Shown one piece after another: positions 56,520 to 64,000 of a stretch of 64,000 nucleotides of DNA. Source of the stretch: Terriglobia bacterium (GTDB taxonomy: Bacteria > Acidobacteriota > Terriglobia > UBA7540). The stretch's first letter is position 1. Every line of letters begins with the position of its first letter. The notes below the pieces were generated by a model. That model was not told where the DNA came from and searched no databases. It saw nothing but the letters and a program-made list of their open reading frames with translations. The translations under genes were made by a program, and so were the position numbers. Location: contig JBEKQO010000002.1 of the NCBI GenBank assembly GCA_049519635.1, positions 6,106 to 70,105 of the forward strand. Reading direction: 5' to 3'.

Positions 56520-56729
56520 GAACCAAAGGCGGTGTAACTTCACGGTAACCGAACCCCATTGCTTCGCTGACCAAATTGCGTCGTCCCGATAACTTGAGAA
56601 AATGCGCACGTTCTCCAAAACGTACCTGCCGGCAAAGGCTCTGCATGGATCAGGCAGCAGACACACGGCGCGATGCATCGTATAATATCGTATAATAGGT
56701 TTGGATCATGTTTGGCAGGGCTTGGTGAA

Positions 56730-57980
56730 ATGATTTTTAGACACTTGCTTTTGACGCTGGCCGTCGTGTTGTTTATTCCCAGCCAGATATTCTGGCTATG
56801 GCAATTGCGCGGGCTGGGCATAAGGTTCATTCGCCGCCGGTCGGTGCGGCGGTGGCTGGGCTGGGCTGGCATTGGCGTCTATCTGGCATTATTGGCTTTC
56901 AATGTGTTATGGCCCAAAACGGCTCCCGAGGCCGCCCACCTGACCCTCGCCGCGGCGCTGCTGGAAGCGCCCTTTCGCTTGTGGATGCTCGCTTCCCTGC
57001 TGGGGTTCGTGGTGTTTTTTGCCCTGTACCTCTGCATTTGCCTGGTGCGCGCGGTTTTTTGGGCATACCGGAAGTTGCTTCCCCCCTCGGACCTCGGCCG
57101 CGAGCCATTGCTTTCTCCTGGGCGCCGCCACTTTCTTACCCAGGCGGCCGTGGCCGTCAGCGCCACGCCTTTCGCCGCCTGCGCCTATGGGCTGCTTTAC
57201 GAGCGCACGGAGATTGAGACCACGCATCTGCGCATCATGCTGCGGCGGTTGCCGAGAGCCTTTGACGGCTTCCGCATCGCCCAGATTTCCGATATTCATG
57301 TCGGCCCTTTCATGCCGGCGGTTGACATCCGCAGATGCGTAGCGATGGTGAATCAGTTGAAGCCGGATTTGGTGGCGCTGACCGGCGACTTCGTCACCTG
57401 GGAAGCCTCACCGGAGGCCGCGGTGGTGGAAGCCCTGTCCGGACTCAAGGCGCCCTATGGTATTTTCGGTTGCTTGGGCAATCATGAGGCGTGGGCCCAC
57501 GTGGAAGACTCCATCACTCGCCTCTTCGCTGAGCGCGGGACCAAGATGCTCCGCCTTGAAAACGCGGCGATTGAATCGGCCGGCGAGCGCTTGAATTTGA
57601 TCGGTGTCGATTACCAAACGCGTGGGCGCTTCGGCCCGCCGCGCGAGGGAATCGTGGGGAAATATCTGGAAGGAGTCGAGCCTCTCATGCTGCCCGGCGC
57701 CGTCAACATCCTTCTCAGCCATAATCCCAATACCTTCGACCGCGCCGCCGAACTCGGCATCGACCTGAGCCTGGCCGGCCACACCCACGGCGGCCAAATC
57801 ACTCTGGAATATATTTCTCCGGACCTTTCGCCCGCCCGCTTGATCACAGCCTATGTGCGCGGATGGTTCCAAAAAGGCGAGTCCCAACTCTACGTCAATC
57901 GCGGCATCGGCACCATCTTTGCCCCCGTACGCGTCGGCGCCCCCCCGGAAATCACGATCTATGAATTGAAGCGCGGGTAG
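56730..57980 (+). CDS. Membrane-anchored metallophosphoesterase (YkuE/calcineurin-like)
   Basis: N-terminal TM helices, then 'IAQISDIHVG', 'LTGDFV', 'GNHE' and 'GHTHGGQI'. Start taken at MIFRHLLLTLAVVLF (56730); 56673 is also possible. Confidence 0.85.
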   Translation: MIFRHLLLTLAVVLFIPSQIFWLWQLRGLGIRFIRRRSVRRWLGWAGIGVYLALLAFNVLWPKTAPEAAHLTLAAALLEAPFRLWMLASLLGFVVFFALYLCICLVRAVFWAYRKLLPPSDLGREPLLSPGRRHFLTQAAVAVSATPFAACAYGLLYERTEIETTHLRIMLRRLPRAFDGFRIAQISDIHVGPFMPAVDIRRCVAMVNQLKPDLVALTGDFVTWEASPEAAVVEALSGLKAPYGIFGCLGNHEAWAHVEDSITRLFAERGTKMLRLENAAIESAGERLNLIGVDYQTRGRFGPPREGIVGKYLEGVEPLMLPGAVNILLSHNPNTFDRAAELGIDLSLAGHTHGGQITLEYISPDLSPARLITAYVRGWFQKGESQLYVNRGIGTIFAPVRVGAPPEITIYELKRG

Positions 57981-58055
57981 GGCGGACGCAGAAGCCTTCG
58001 GCTTTCAGCCGTCAGCTTTCAGCTCGCAGCGTTCAGCATCGTCCTGCCAACTGCC

Positions 58056-58378
58056 GAGCCCACATTTCTCCCCACGCTGGAGCCTTTTGGAGGTCTGCCG
58101 GGAGGGCGGGGCTTCACAGGCTTCTGAGAAACTCGGCGGCGCTGTCATTATCAGCACCGCCCTTTTATCCCATTGTCAGCACCACCCCGGCGCTTGGCGC
58201 GCCACCCCTCCTCATCTGAGGAGGGGAGCTTTTTAATAGCTCCCCTCCTGATTCAGGAGGGGTGGCGCCCTGGGCGCCGGGGTGGTTGTCCGCGATGGGG
58301 CGTTTTTCCGCAGCCTGTTCAGCCCCGCCAAAACCGCGTCCCCCACCCTTCCGAACCCGCCGTGAGAAATGCAGGCGA
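58056..58378. repeat. Family-A composite element with a D-type core
   Basis: Degenerate arms with a D core at 58180-58287 (CACCACCCCGGCGCTTGGCGCGCCACCCCTCCTCATCTGAGGAGGGGAG...GGAGGGGTGGCGCCCTGGGCGCCGGGGTGGTT). Confidence 0.8.
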
Positions 58379-58534
58379 GGGCTTTCTGCCCACTGCCTAC
58401 TGCCTACTGTATTCCGAGGGCTAGCCCGGAGCCAGTGCAGATCTGCGTTTCTTTGCGGGAGACGGGCTTCAAGCAAGGTGGTCCATGGTCAAGACGGACG
58501 AACCGTTCCGATCATAGAATGGGAAGCGTAGAGT

Positions 58535-58722
58535 TAGCCCGGATTTCTCACCACGACTCTGGAAGGGCGGGGCTTTACAGGCCGCGGAAAAAACTCGCCG
58601 GCACTGTCATTCTGAGCATTGACAGCCTTGCGGCTGCCCATGATGGGCAGAAACTCGGGCCGAGGAAGGGTAGCGACCTGTTTTTTAGGACCGCGGCTTT
58701 TCCTTGCCCATCGGGGACGAGC
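58535..58722. repeat. Truncated family-A/B/C composite abutting the transposase remnant
   Basis: An intact left A arm (TAGCCCGGATTTCTCACCACGACTCTGGAAGGGCGGGGCTTTACAGG), part of a B core, and half of a C element (58670-58722). The sequence then switches to RAYT-like coding sequence. Confidence 0.8.
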
Positions 58723-58724
58723 TC

Positions 58725-59125
58725 CGTGAAAACGTTAAAGGGGACATAGCGCCTTTGCCACGGTCGAAGATACGAATCGCTGTGGACAGTGGGGGGCAGT
58801 CGCAGCCAGGCCAGCAGGGTGCGGCACTTGGGACGGTGTTGATTCCTGGTGAGGGCGGCGATAATTTGCCGCGCGGATCGCTTCTACAATTCCTTCATGA
58901 AGCGGGCGATATCCCCCGCGGGTGGGGGTCGAATCAGCAGGCGAAAGTGCTCGGGCATTAACCCCCAGCCGATCAGCAGAAAGCCGGTTTCCTGCGGACT
59001 TGACGCAGACTCTCGACAAAAGTCCATTAGAAGCGCTGACAGGCAAATAGCCGGCTGCGGCGATAGGTGCTGCTGGTGATAAACTGCAATTGGCCAGGCT
59101 CGAAAGGGCGTCCGTAGATGGGCAT
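58725..59125 (-). pseudogene. REP-associated tyrosine transposase (RAYT / IS200-like Y1) pseudogene
   Basis: Three pieces: 'MPIYGRPFEPGQLQFITSSTYRRSRLF' (frame a); 'GFLLIGWGLMPEHFRLLIRPPPAGDIARFMKEL*' (frame b, TAG at 58884-58886); and 'KRSARQI...RPWQRRYVPFNVFTE', which is then cut off by repeat DNA. Confidence 0.7.
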
Positions 59126-59348
59126 AGCAAAAATATCGGCGAGCATGGCCCGAGACGTGAGCCGCAGAGCTGCGCTCGCTCCGCGCCAGCCGGCCACAAG
59201 ATGTCCCAAAATAGTAACTCGGACCTCGCGACAATCCTTGCTGGCGCTGGACTCGGGGACCTGATCCAGTCGCTTCCGGCTGGCGCAACCGCTGCACACC
59301 CGCTGCCTCTCCCTCCGCCGGGCGGCGGTCAGAGTGGAGGAGGTGGAA

Positions 59349-59744
59349 ATGTCAAGTAAGATCTGGGGACCGGCCACTCCTGTGGAACTGGTCGCCGTGA
59401 GCATCCTAGGGGCCACGGTTGCAGTCTTGACCCTTATCGGTTGGCTGCGTCTTTTCCGGCAACGGCGCCGGACTCGGGAAGTGCACAGATGGGCATTTCT
59501 GATTGGGCTTGGAACCCTAACCGCACACTTGGTGTTTGGCGGCATGCTGTTCAGCTTGCCGGACTGGGTGGTTCCGAACCATGATCGCGTTGGCGTATGC
59601 TGGTTCTCCGCTTCTCCCATTGTGATGCTGTTCGTCGTGGCGTGCGGCTGCGTCACTTGGCGAGCATCTGGCAAAACACTGGTGCTCGCCGGGCTTGGGG
59701 GATTGTCGCTTTGGGCCATAGTGGCTGTCACGGTTGCAATCTGA
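59349..59744 (+). CDS. Hypothetical 4-TM membrane protein
   Basis: Strong SD GGAGGAGG about 6 nt before ATG 59349. Four hydrophobic helices. No family recognised. Confidence 0.5.
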   Translation: MSSKIWGPATPVELVAVSILGATVAVLTLIGWLRLFRQRRRTREVHRWAFLIGLGTLTAHLVFGGMLFSLPDWVVPNHDRVGVCWFSASPIVMLFVVACGCVTWRASGKTLVLAGLGGLSLWAIVAVTVAI

Positions 59745-59764
59745 CCCAGCAACGGAGGGCAGCG

Positions 59765-59900
59765 GGTAGCGCAGAGGTATTCGGCTCCGAGACGAATTCC
59801 TCTGCGGTTCTTAACATGATAACGAACACATATCCAGTAATACCCGATGACGAAAGGCCGCGGAGTGATTCGTCTCGGAGCCGAATGACTCTGTGCTACC
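59765..59900. repeat. 136-bp hairpin/MITE-like element with 33-bp arms
   Basis: GGTAGCGCAGAGGTATTCGGCTCCGAGACGAAT (59765-59797) pairs with ATTCGTCTCGGAGCCGAATGACTCTGTGCTACC (59868-59900) at 30 of 33 positions, with a 70-nt loop. Confidence 0.8.
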
Positions 59901-60177
59901 TGCTTCGCTGCTGCTCAGGTTGACAGCGCCCTGGCGGCGCGGGCACCCGAGGCTCCTTCAACGATGGCGAGGACAACGACGATGATGAGGATGGCGGCGC
60001 TTGCGCCCCCCCCCGCGTGACACACTTCCCCGTATCGCTTATCGACCGTTTCAGGTTGGAACATGAATCAATTTGCCGCGCCGGAAGTTATTCAATGGCC
60101 CCATGACCCGACGGCCCGATGACCGCGACATTTTATATCTTGACAAATTAATCGAAGTGGTATAAATTAAATATGTA

Positions 60178-60450
60178 ATGGATGTCAAATTTCACGCTTG
60201 CCCCGCGAAAGCCCTCCACCATGAGGCGGCCTTGATGCTTGGGGGAAACGAGTTGGGCCTGCCACCGGTGTGGCGGATTGCCAATATGTCCGCAATTTTC
60301 AAAGCGGCAGCCCGCATCCAAAAAAATGCCAAAATGAAGGTCGATCCCGAGGACTTATTGAAAGCAAAGGGACGGAAAGTGACAAAAAGTGTCATGGCCG
60401 ATGGTTCGTTGAAAACAAACAGTTTATCTAATTTGCCGATGGATTGTTGA
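60178..60450 (+). CDS. Hypothetical small protein (weak call)
   Basis: 90-aa ORF in AT-richer DNA. TTGACA (60140-60145) and TATAAA/TAAATT (60161-60168) lie just upstream, implying a near-leaderless transcript. No SD and no recognised family. Confidence 0.25.
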   Translation: MDVKFHACPAKALHHEAALMLGGNELGLPPVWRIANMSAIFKAAARIQKNAKMKVDPEDLLKAKGRKVTKSVMADGSLKTNSLSNLPMDC

Positions 60451-60613
60451 AAATAAAAGAGATAGACAAATTTAAGACCTCCGAAACCGCAGAAATCACC
60501 TCAATTCCCCGCTAGGCCGATAACTTAAAGAAAACAAGTAACTTGCAGTATACTGCTCCCACGAAGGCCGATGAGTGTATAAAAGGAAAGGACTTATACG
60601 TGGCACCCAGTGC

Positions 60614-60650
60614 TAGCCCGGATTTCTCACCACCGGTCTGGAAGGGCGGG
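60614..60650. repeat. Solo left arm of the family-A repeat
   Basis: TAGCCCGGATTTCTCACCACCGGTCTGGAAGGGCGGG. Confidence 0.6.
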
Positions 60651-60737
60651 ACTGGAGCGGCCCGATTTGGACCATCCGGTCCACGCCGACTCTTCCTGTG
60701 ACTTTCCGGTAGGGATTTGCCCCACGTCAAACATGTA

Positions 60738-61229
60738 TTAATGAGAACTGCCAGACCCCGCTACGATAATATGGGGATCGATAATCTTTGGGGTGCCATC
60801 GGGCAGCACCACGGTCAGGGTGTATTTGTGGCATCGGACGTATTCGGGGCGAGTGTCTCTGGTATGGGCCGCCAGTTTGTCGGTGCCGCTCTGGTGACCC
60901 TGACAATCGTCGCCCGCACAGTAATCCCCGCTGCCAAATTTGGGATCGAAGGGAGTCTCATCGAAATGGATGACGACACGCTTTACCTTCCCTCGCGTGT
61001 GAACCACCTGCCAGTCCACCGTATCGTTACGGCATACAAAGATTCCGTCGTCACTCCCATGCAGCCCGTCCGCATACACGCTGATGGATTTGCTGCCGCA
61101 CGAGGCATTCGCAGGTTTTGCGCACGTGGCTTCTTCCTCGTGGCCACCGATGGGAGAAGGCATTAGGATCCACCCCATACCGATCAGCGCCGAAATCAGA
61201 ATAGCGGAAACACGTCCATTGAGCCTCAT
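60738..61229 (-). CDS. Secreted Cys-rich hypothetical protein
   Basis: 163-aa ORF with a signal/anchor (RVSAILISALIGMGWILM). Several Cys residues. No family recognised. Confidence 0.5.
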   Translation of the reverse strand: MRLNGRVSAILISALIGMGWILMPSPIGGHEEEATCAKPANASCGSKSISVYADGLHGSDDGIFVCRNDTVDWQVVHTRGKVKRVVIHFDETPFDPKFGSGDYCAGDDCQGHQSGTDKLAAHTRDTRPEYVRCHKYTLTVVLPDGTPKIIDPHIIVAGSGSSH

Positions 61230-61257
61230 CTCAGTTCCTCCTTCATGCTTCGCCAGG

Positions 61258-63702
61258 TTAAGGTACGTTCAGCAAGGTTCGATAGCGCGGCTCGGATTGT
61301 AGGTTGGAGAAGGTGGGGGTGGCGCGAACCGTGGCCGGAGAAATTCCACCCCCCAGGGCCTTCTTCAGCATTGTCAACGCAGATTCAACATCCCCGATCT
61401 GGTCATAAACTATCGCCGCCGTGAAGGCCACCTCGGCGTTCTTGGGGCCAAGGCAAAGCGCCCGTACAATACCATTCAACGCAAGTTCCCTCTCGCCCAG
61501 CATCGCGTGATATTGGGCGATATAGCTTAGCAGGGCGGCATCGCTGGGATTGACCTCATACTGCTTCGTCGCTAAAGCGATGGCGTGACGGTATGCCGGG
61601 GTTGAGTCGTCGCGTCTGCCCGGAATCCAATAGTAGGCGTCACCAAGGTTCCCCCAAACGTCGTAGTGGCGATCATCCAGCTTTAGTGCGCGCTCGTAGC
61701 TGTCAACCGCATCTGCGAACCGCCCCTGGTTGAAGTAAGCCGTGCCCAGGTTCGAGGACGATTGATAGGTCGGGCGTATGGCAATGGAGTGGCTAAAAAT
61801 GGGTATGGCATTTTCATAGTTGCCGATGTCAACATAAGCGCCACCGAGATTGCTATAACCGATGTAGGAATCAGGAGAAATCTTGACCCCTTGCGAAAAA
61901 AGCCGAATCGCATCGGCGTAACGAGCGCGGCGATAGTAGAACAGCCCCAGCCAGTTGTAGCAGGCCGCATCTTGTGGGCGCAGACTGATCGCCTGCTGAA
62001 AGGTTCTTTCGGCATCGTCCATTCGCCCCAGGCCTTCGTAGGCAGCTCCCAGCCCCACGTAGGAGGCATCGCTCGTGGGCTCCAACGTAAGCGCCTTCTG
62101 GAATTGCTCCGAGGCTTCCTGGTACTTCCCCGTGCCGTTGTCGATAAGCCCGAGGCAAACATTTCCAGCCACTCCGGCGTTTCCCAGTTCCGTTGCCTTC
62201 GCGCAGGCCTCGCGGGCTTTCGTGACCCACTGAGCGTCCGCGGTGTGTTCGTACTTTCTCCAGTACGCCTCTCCCAGGCCGGCGTACGCCAGGCCGTCTT
62301 GAGGGTCCACCGTGAGAGCGCGCCCGAAAACCGCAATGGCATTCTCCACAAACTCAGGTTTATGGAATTCCTCGAGATAGCCCCGACCGCGCAGGTAGTA
62401 GGCGTAAGCGTCGGGTTTCGTAGTGCCCTGATTTACGAACGACGGCTGCTCCGCCGGCTGCAGCTCAATCTCCAGCATCCGCAGCACCCCGGAGGCGACG
62501 AGCGCCTCAAGGCCAATGGGGTCGGACGCGGCCGCGACGAACTCGTTCGCTCTTAGTTGCCGATTGCTGGCCGCATCGATCAGCACAGGCACGACGTGCA
62601 CGGTGCCTCCGGCCTGCTGCCAGCTTCCTTCGATCACCAGGTTCACACCAAATTCCTTAAGGGCGTCGGTGGCTGTCGTCACGTGCCTGGCCCGTACTTC
62701 ACTCACAGGGACTACCTGGAATTGTGGTCTTTCCGTGAGCTGAGTAAGTTTGGCGCTCAATACCTCGCAGAGTCCATCGGCAAAAGCCTTGGTGCTGGCA
62801 TCCGCACCTGCCACCGAGAAGGGCAACACGGCCACCTGCTTCTGTTCCGGAACCGGGTGCAGCGCTCGATTTACCCAGGGCCGCACCAGGGTTACCGCCA
62901 TCCAGGCCAGGATCGCCAAAAGAAGCACGGCTCCTATGGCGAATGCCTTTCGGCGGCTTATCAGACCGGCGCGGACCGAAAGCGGAGTCACTTCCCACGA
63001 TTTGGTTTCCTGCACTGATCGCAAGTCCCGCAACAATTCTGCCGCGTCGGAATAGCGTTGCGCTGGGTCCGGGTGGAGCATCTTCTTGACGATGAGATCA
63101 ATCGCCTGCGGGGGCGCCGTGCGATTTGGAAGCGATTCCCCTGTGGCAGCAGAGTTCGGGACGCTGGACTGCCGGGGACGCCTCCCGCCACAAACCTCAT
63201 AGAGCGTGACACCGAGAGAATAAATATCGGACCTGGCATCCGGAATAGCACCCGCCAGGACCTCAGGAGCCATGTAATTCAGGGTTCCGACCAGGCCCTC
63301 GGGCTGCACGCAGGAAGTCGTAGCCCCGGCATCCTCGAAGAGCAGCCGTTTGGCAATGCCAAAATCGAGGACCTTCACCTGTCCCGCGGGTGTCAGCATA
63401 ATGTTTTCAGGTTTGATATCGAAGTGGATCACTCCCTTCTGGTGGGCCGTCAATAGCGCGCTCACGCACTGGATTGCAATATCGAGAAATTCGACGGTCG
63501 GCGGGGGAGAGGCAATCCTCTGACGCAGGGTAGTCCCCTCAATGTACTCCATAAGAAGGAACGCCTCGCCGTCCTCTTCCAGAACGTCGTAGACTTGCGC
63601 AATGTGCGGATCATTGAGCGAGGAAGCTCGCTGGGCTTCGCGGAGAAGGCTTCGGTAGCGCTCGTCCGACCGCATTTGGGCGGGCAATCGCTTCAGAGCC
63701 AC
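61258..63702 (-). CDS. Ser/Thr protein kinase - TM - TPR fusion; main reading frame, lacking the P-loop
   Basis: 'VALKRL' (VAIK-like), 'HFDIKPENIML', 'DFGIAK' and 'GTLNYMAPE', then one TM helix, an extracytoplasmic domain and many TPR units. The frame opens at a GTG, and the P-loop lies in another frame upstream. Confidence 0.8.
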   Translation of the reverse strand: MALKRLPAQMRSDERYRSLLREAQRASSLNDPHIAQVYDVLEEDGEAFLLMEYIEGTTLRQRIASPPPTVEFLDIAIQCVSALLTAHQKGVIHFDIKPENIMLTPAGQVKVLDFGIAKRLLFEDAGATTSCVQPEGLVGTLNYMAPEVLAGAIPDARSDIYSLGVTLYEVCGGRRPRQSSVPNSAATGESLPNRTAPPQAIDLIVKKMLHPDPAQRYSDAAELLRDLRSVQETKSWEVTPLSVRAGLISRRKAFAIGAVLLLAILAWMAVTLVRPWVNRALHPVPEQKQVAVLPFSVAGADASTKAFADGLCEVLSAKLTQLTERPQFQVVPVSEVRARHVTTATDALKEFGVNLVIEGSWQQAGGTVHVVPVLIDAASNRQLRANEFVAAASDPIGLEALVASGVLRMLEIELQPAEQPSFVNQGTTKPDAYAYYLRGRGYLEEFHKPEFVENAIAVFGRALTVDPQDGLAYAGLGEAYWRKYEHTADAQWVTKAREACAKATELGNAGVAGNVCLGLIDNGTGKYQEASEQFQKALTLEPTSDASYVGLGAAYEGLGRMDDAERTFQQAISLRPQDAACYNWLGLFYYRRARYADAIRLFSQGVKISPDSYIGYSNLGGAYVDIGNYENAIPIFSHSIAIRPTYQSSSNLGTAYFNQGRFADAVDSYERALKLDDRHYDVWGNLGDAYYWIPGRRDDSTPAYRHAIALATKQYEVNPSDAALLSYIAQYHAMLGERELALNGIVRALCLGPKNAEVAFTAAIVYDQIGDVESALTMLKKALGGGISPATVRATPTFSNLQSEPRYRTLLNVP

Positions 63703-63806
63703 GCACGCTTCAGTTTTGGGTCGTCGGCCAGGAATACCTCTCCCATTCCGCCGGCGCCCAGCCTGGCTCGGATGCGAAACCGGCCTTGGATCAGTTTGCC
63801 GGTCAT
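63693..63806 (-). pseudogene. Detached N-terminal fragment of the kinase (Gly-rich ATP-binding loop)
   Basis: ATG 63806: MTGKLIQGRFRIRARLGAGGMGEVFLADDPKLKRAWL*. 'GAGGMGEVF' is kinase subdomain I. It overlaps the main frame by 10 nt in a different frame. Confidence 0.7.
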
Positions 63807-64000
63807 AACTCCTTCTGTCGTTGGGGAGCTCAATTCGGTGCCTTATATACCAACTTCATCCTTAGGAGTGATGATATTTTTCGTGCCGCCATCCGCCGAA
63901 ACGTTGTCAGGGAGCATTCTGCAATATATTAGGTCAAGCTTGTCCAAATTGCGCAGCGTTCAGTGATGCATGGCCTGCGGCTTCGCCGCTTGCTGTGCGG

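Noticed and set aside
19411-60650. Could the recurring about 45-bp arms be a CRISPR array?
   Set aside because: The copies are dispersed over 40 kb in separate intergenic gaps. They occur as inverted pairs with variable cores, not as regularly spaced direct repeats with unique spacers. No cas genes are present.

Overview
GC-rich bacterial chromosomal segment. The gene content suggests Acidobacteriota: a 1195-aa CarboxypepD_reg/TonB-type outer-membrane protein, PEGA, TPR and WD40 proteins, a Ser/Thr-kinase-TPR fusion, four-helix-bundle 'IVS-type' genes, and very dense palindromic intergenic repeats. This taxonomic call is inference only. About 45 protein-coding genes are supportable. I found no rRNA, no intact tRNA and no CRISPR array. 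The track also contains many long antisense ORFs inside real genes; these are high-GC artefacts and are rejected.

Main content, left to right:
- An ArsB/NhaD-type permease and a GT-C-like membrane protein.
- A putatively sigma-54-driven cluster at about 4.3-13 kb. It encodes two membrane-tethered GcvH-like proteins that lack the lipoyl lysine, a signal-less HybA-like 4x[4Fe-4S] protein, a HybB/NrfD-like membrane subunit, a sensor kinase with periplasmic CXXCH motifs, an NtrC-type regulator and an archaemetzincin. No catalytic subunit is present. I consider this the best candidate for an undescribed system.
- An ackA remnant and glgX.
- A visibly lower-GC islet (16.2-18.6 kb) with an IS1-like transposase remnant and an overlapping two-gene cassette of unknown function. 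This is the second candidate.
- A J-domain protein, ceramidase-like, deacetylase, TPR, TonB-type receptor and a WD40-methyltransferase fusion with near-identical 126-bp repeats.
- A GH2 glycosidase, c-di-GMP genes (PilZ, two EAL-HDOD, REC-HD), tandem PEGA proteins plus a CPBP protease, and a double class II aldolase.
- IscU-like/ZIP/ychF, a HEPN-MNT pair, and nrdJ with NrdR boxes.
- carD, a metallophosphoesterase, a disrupted RAYT-like transposase, and a frameshifted Ser/Thr kinase.

Intergenic DNA is saturated with modular nested palindromic repeats: constant arms with interchangeable cores, and compensatory changes that preserve the stems.

All family assignments come from reading motifs by eye. 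None has been checked against a database.
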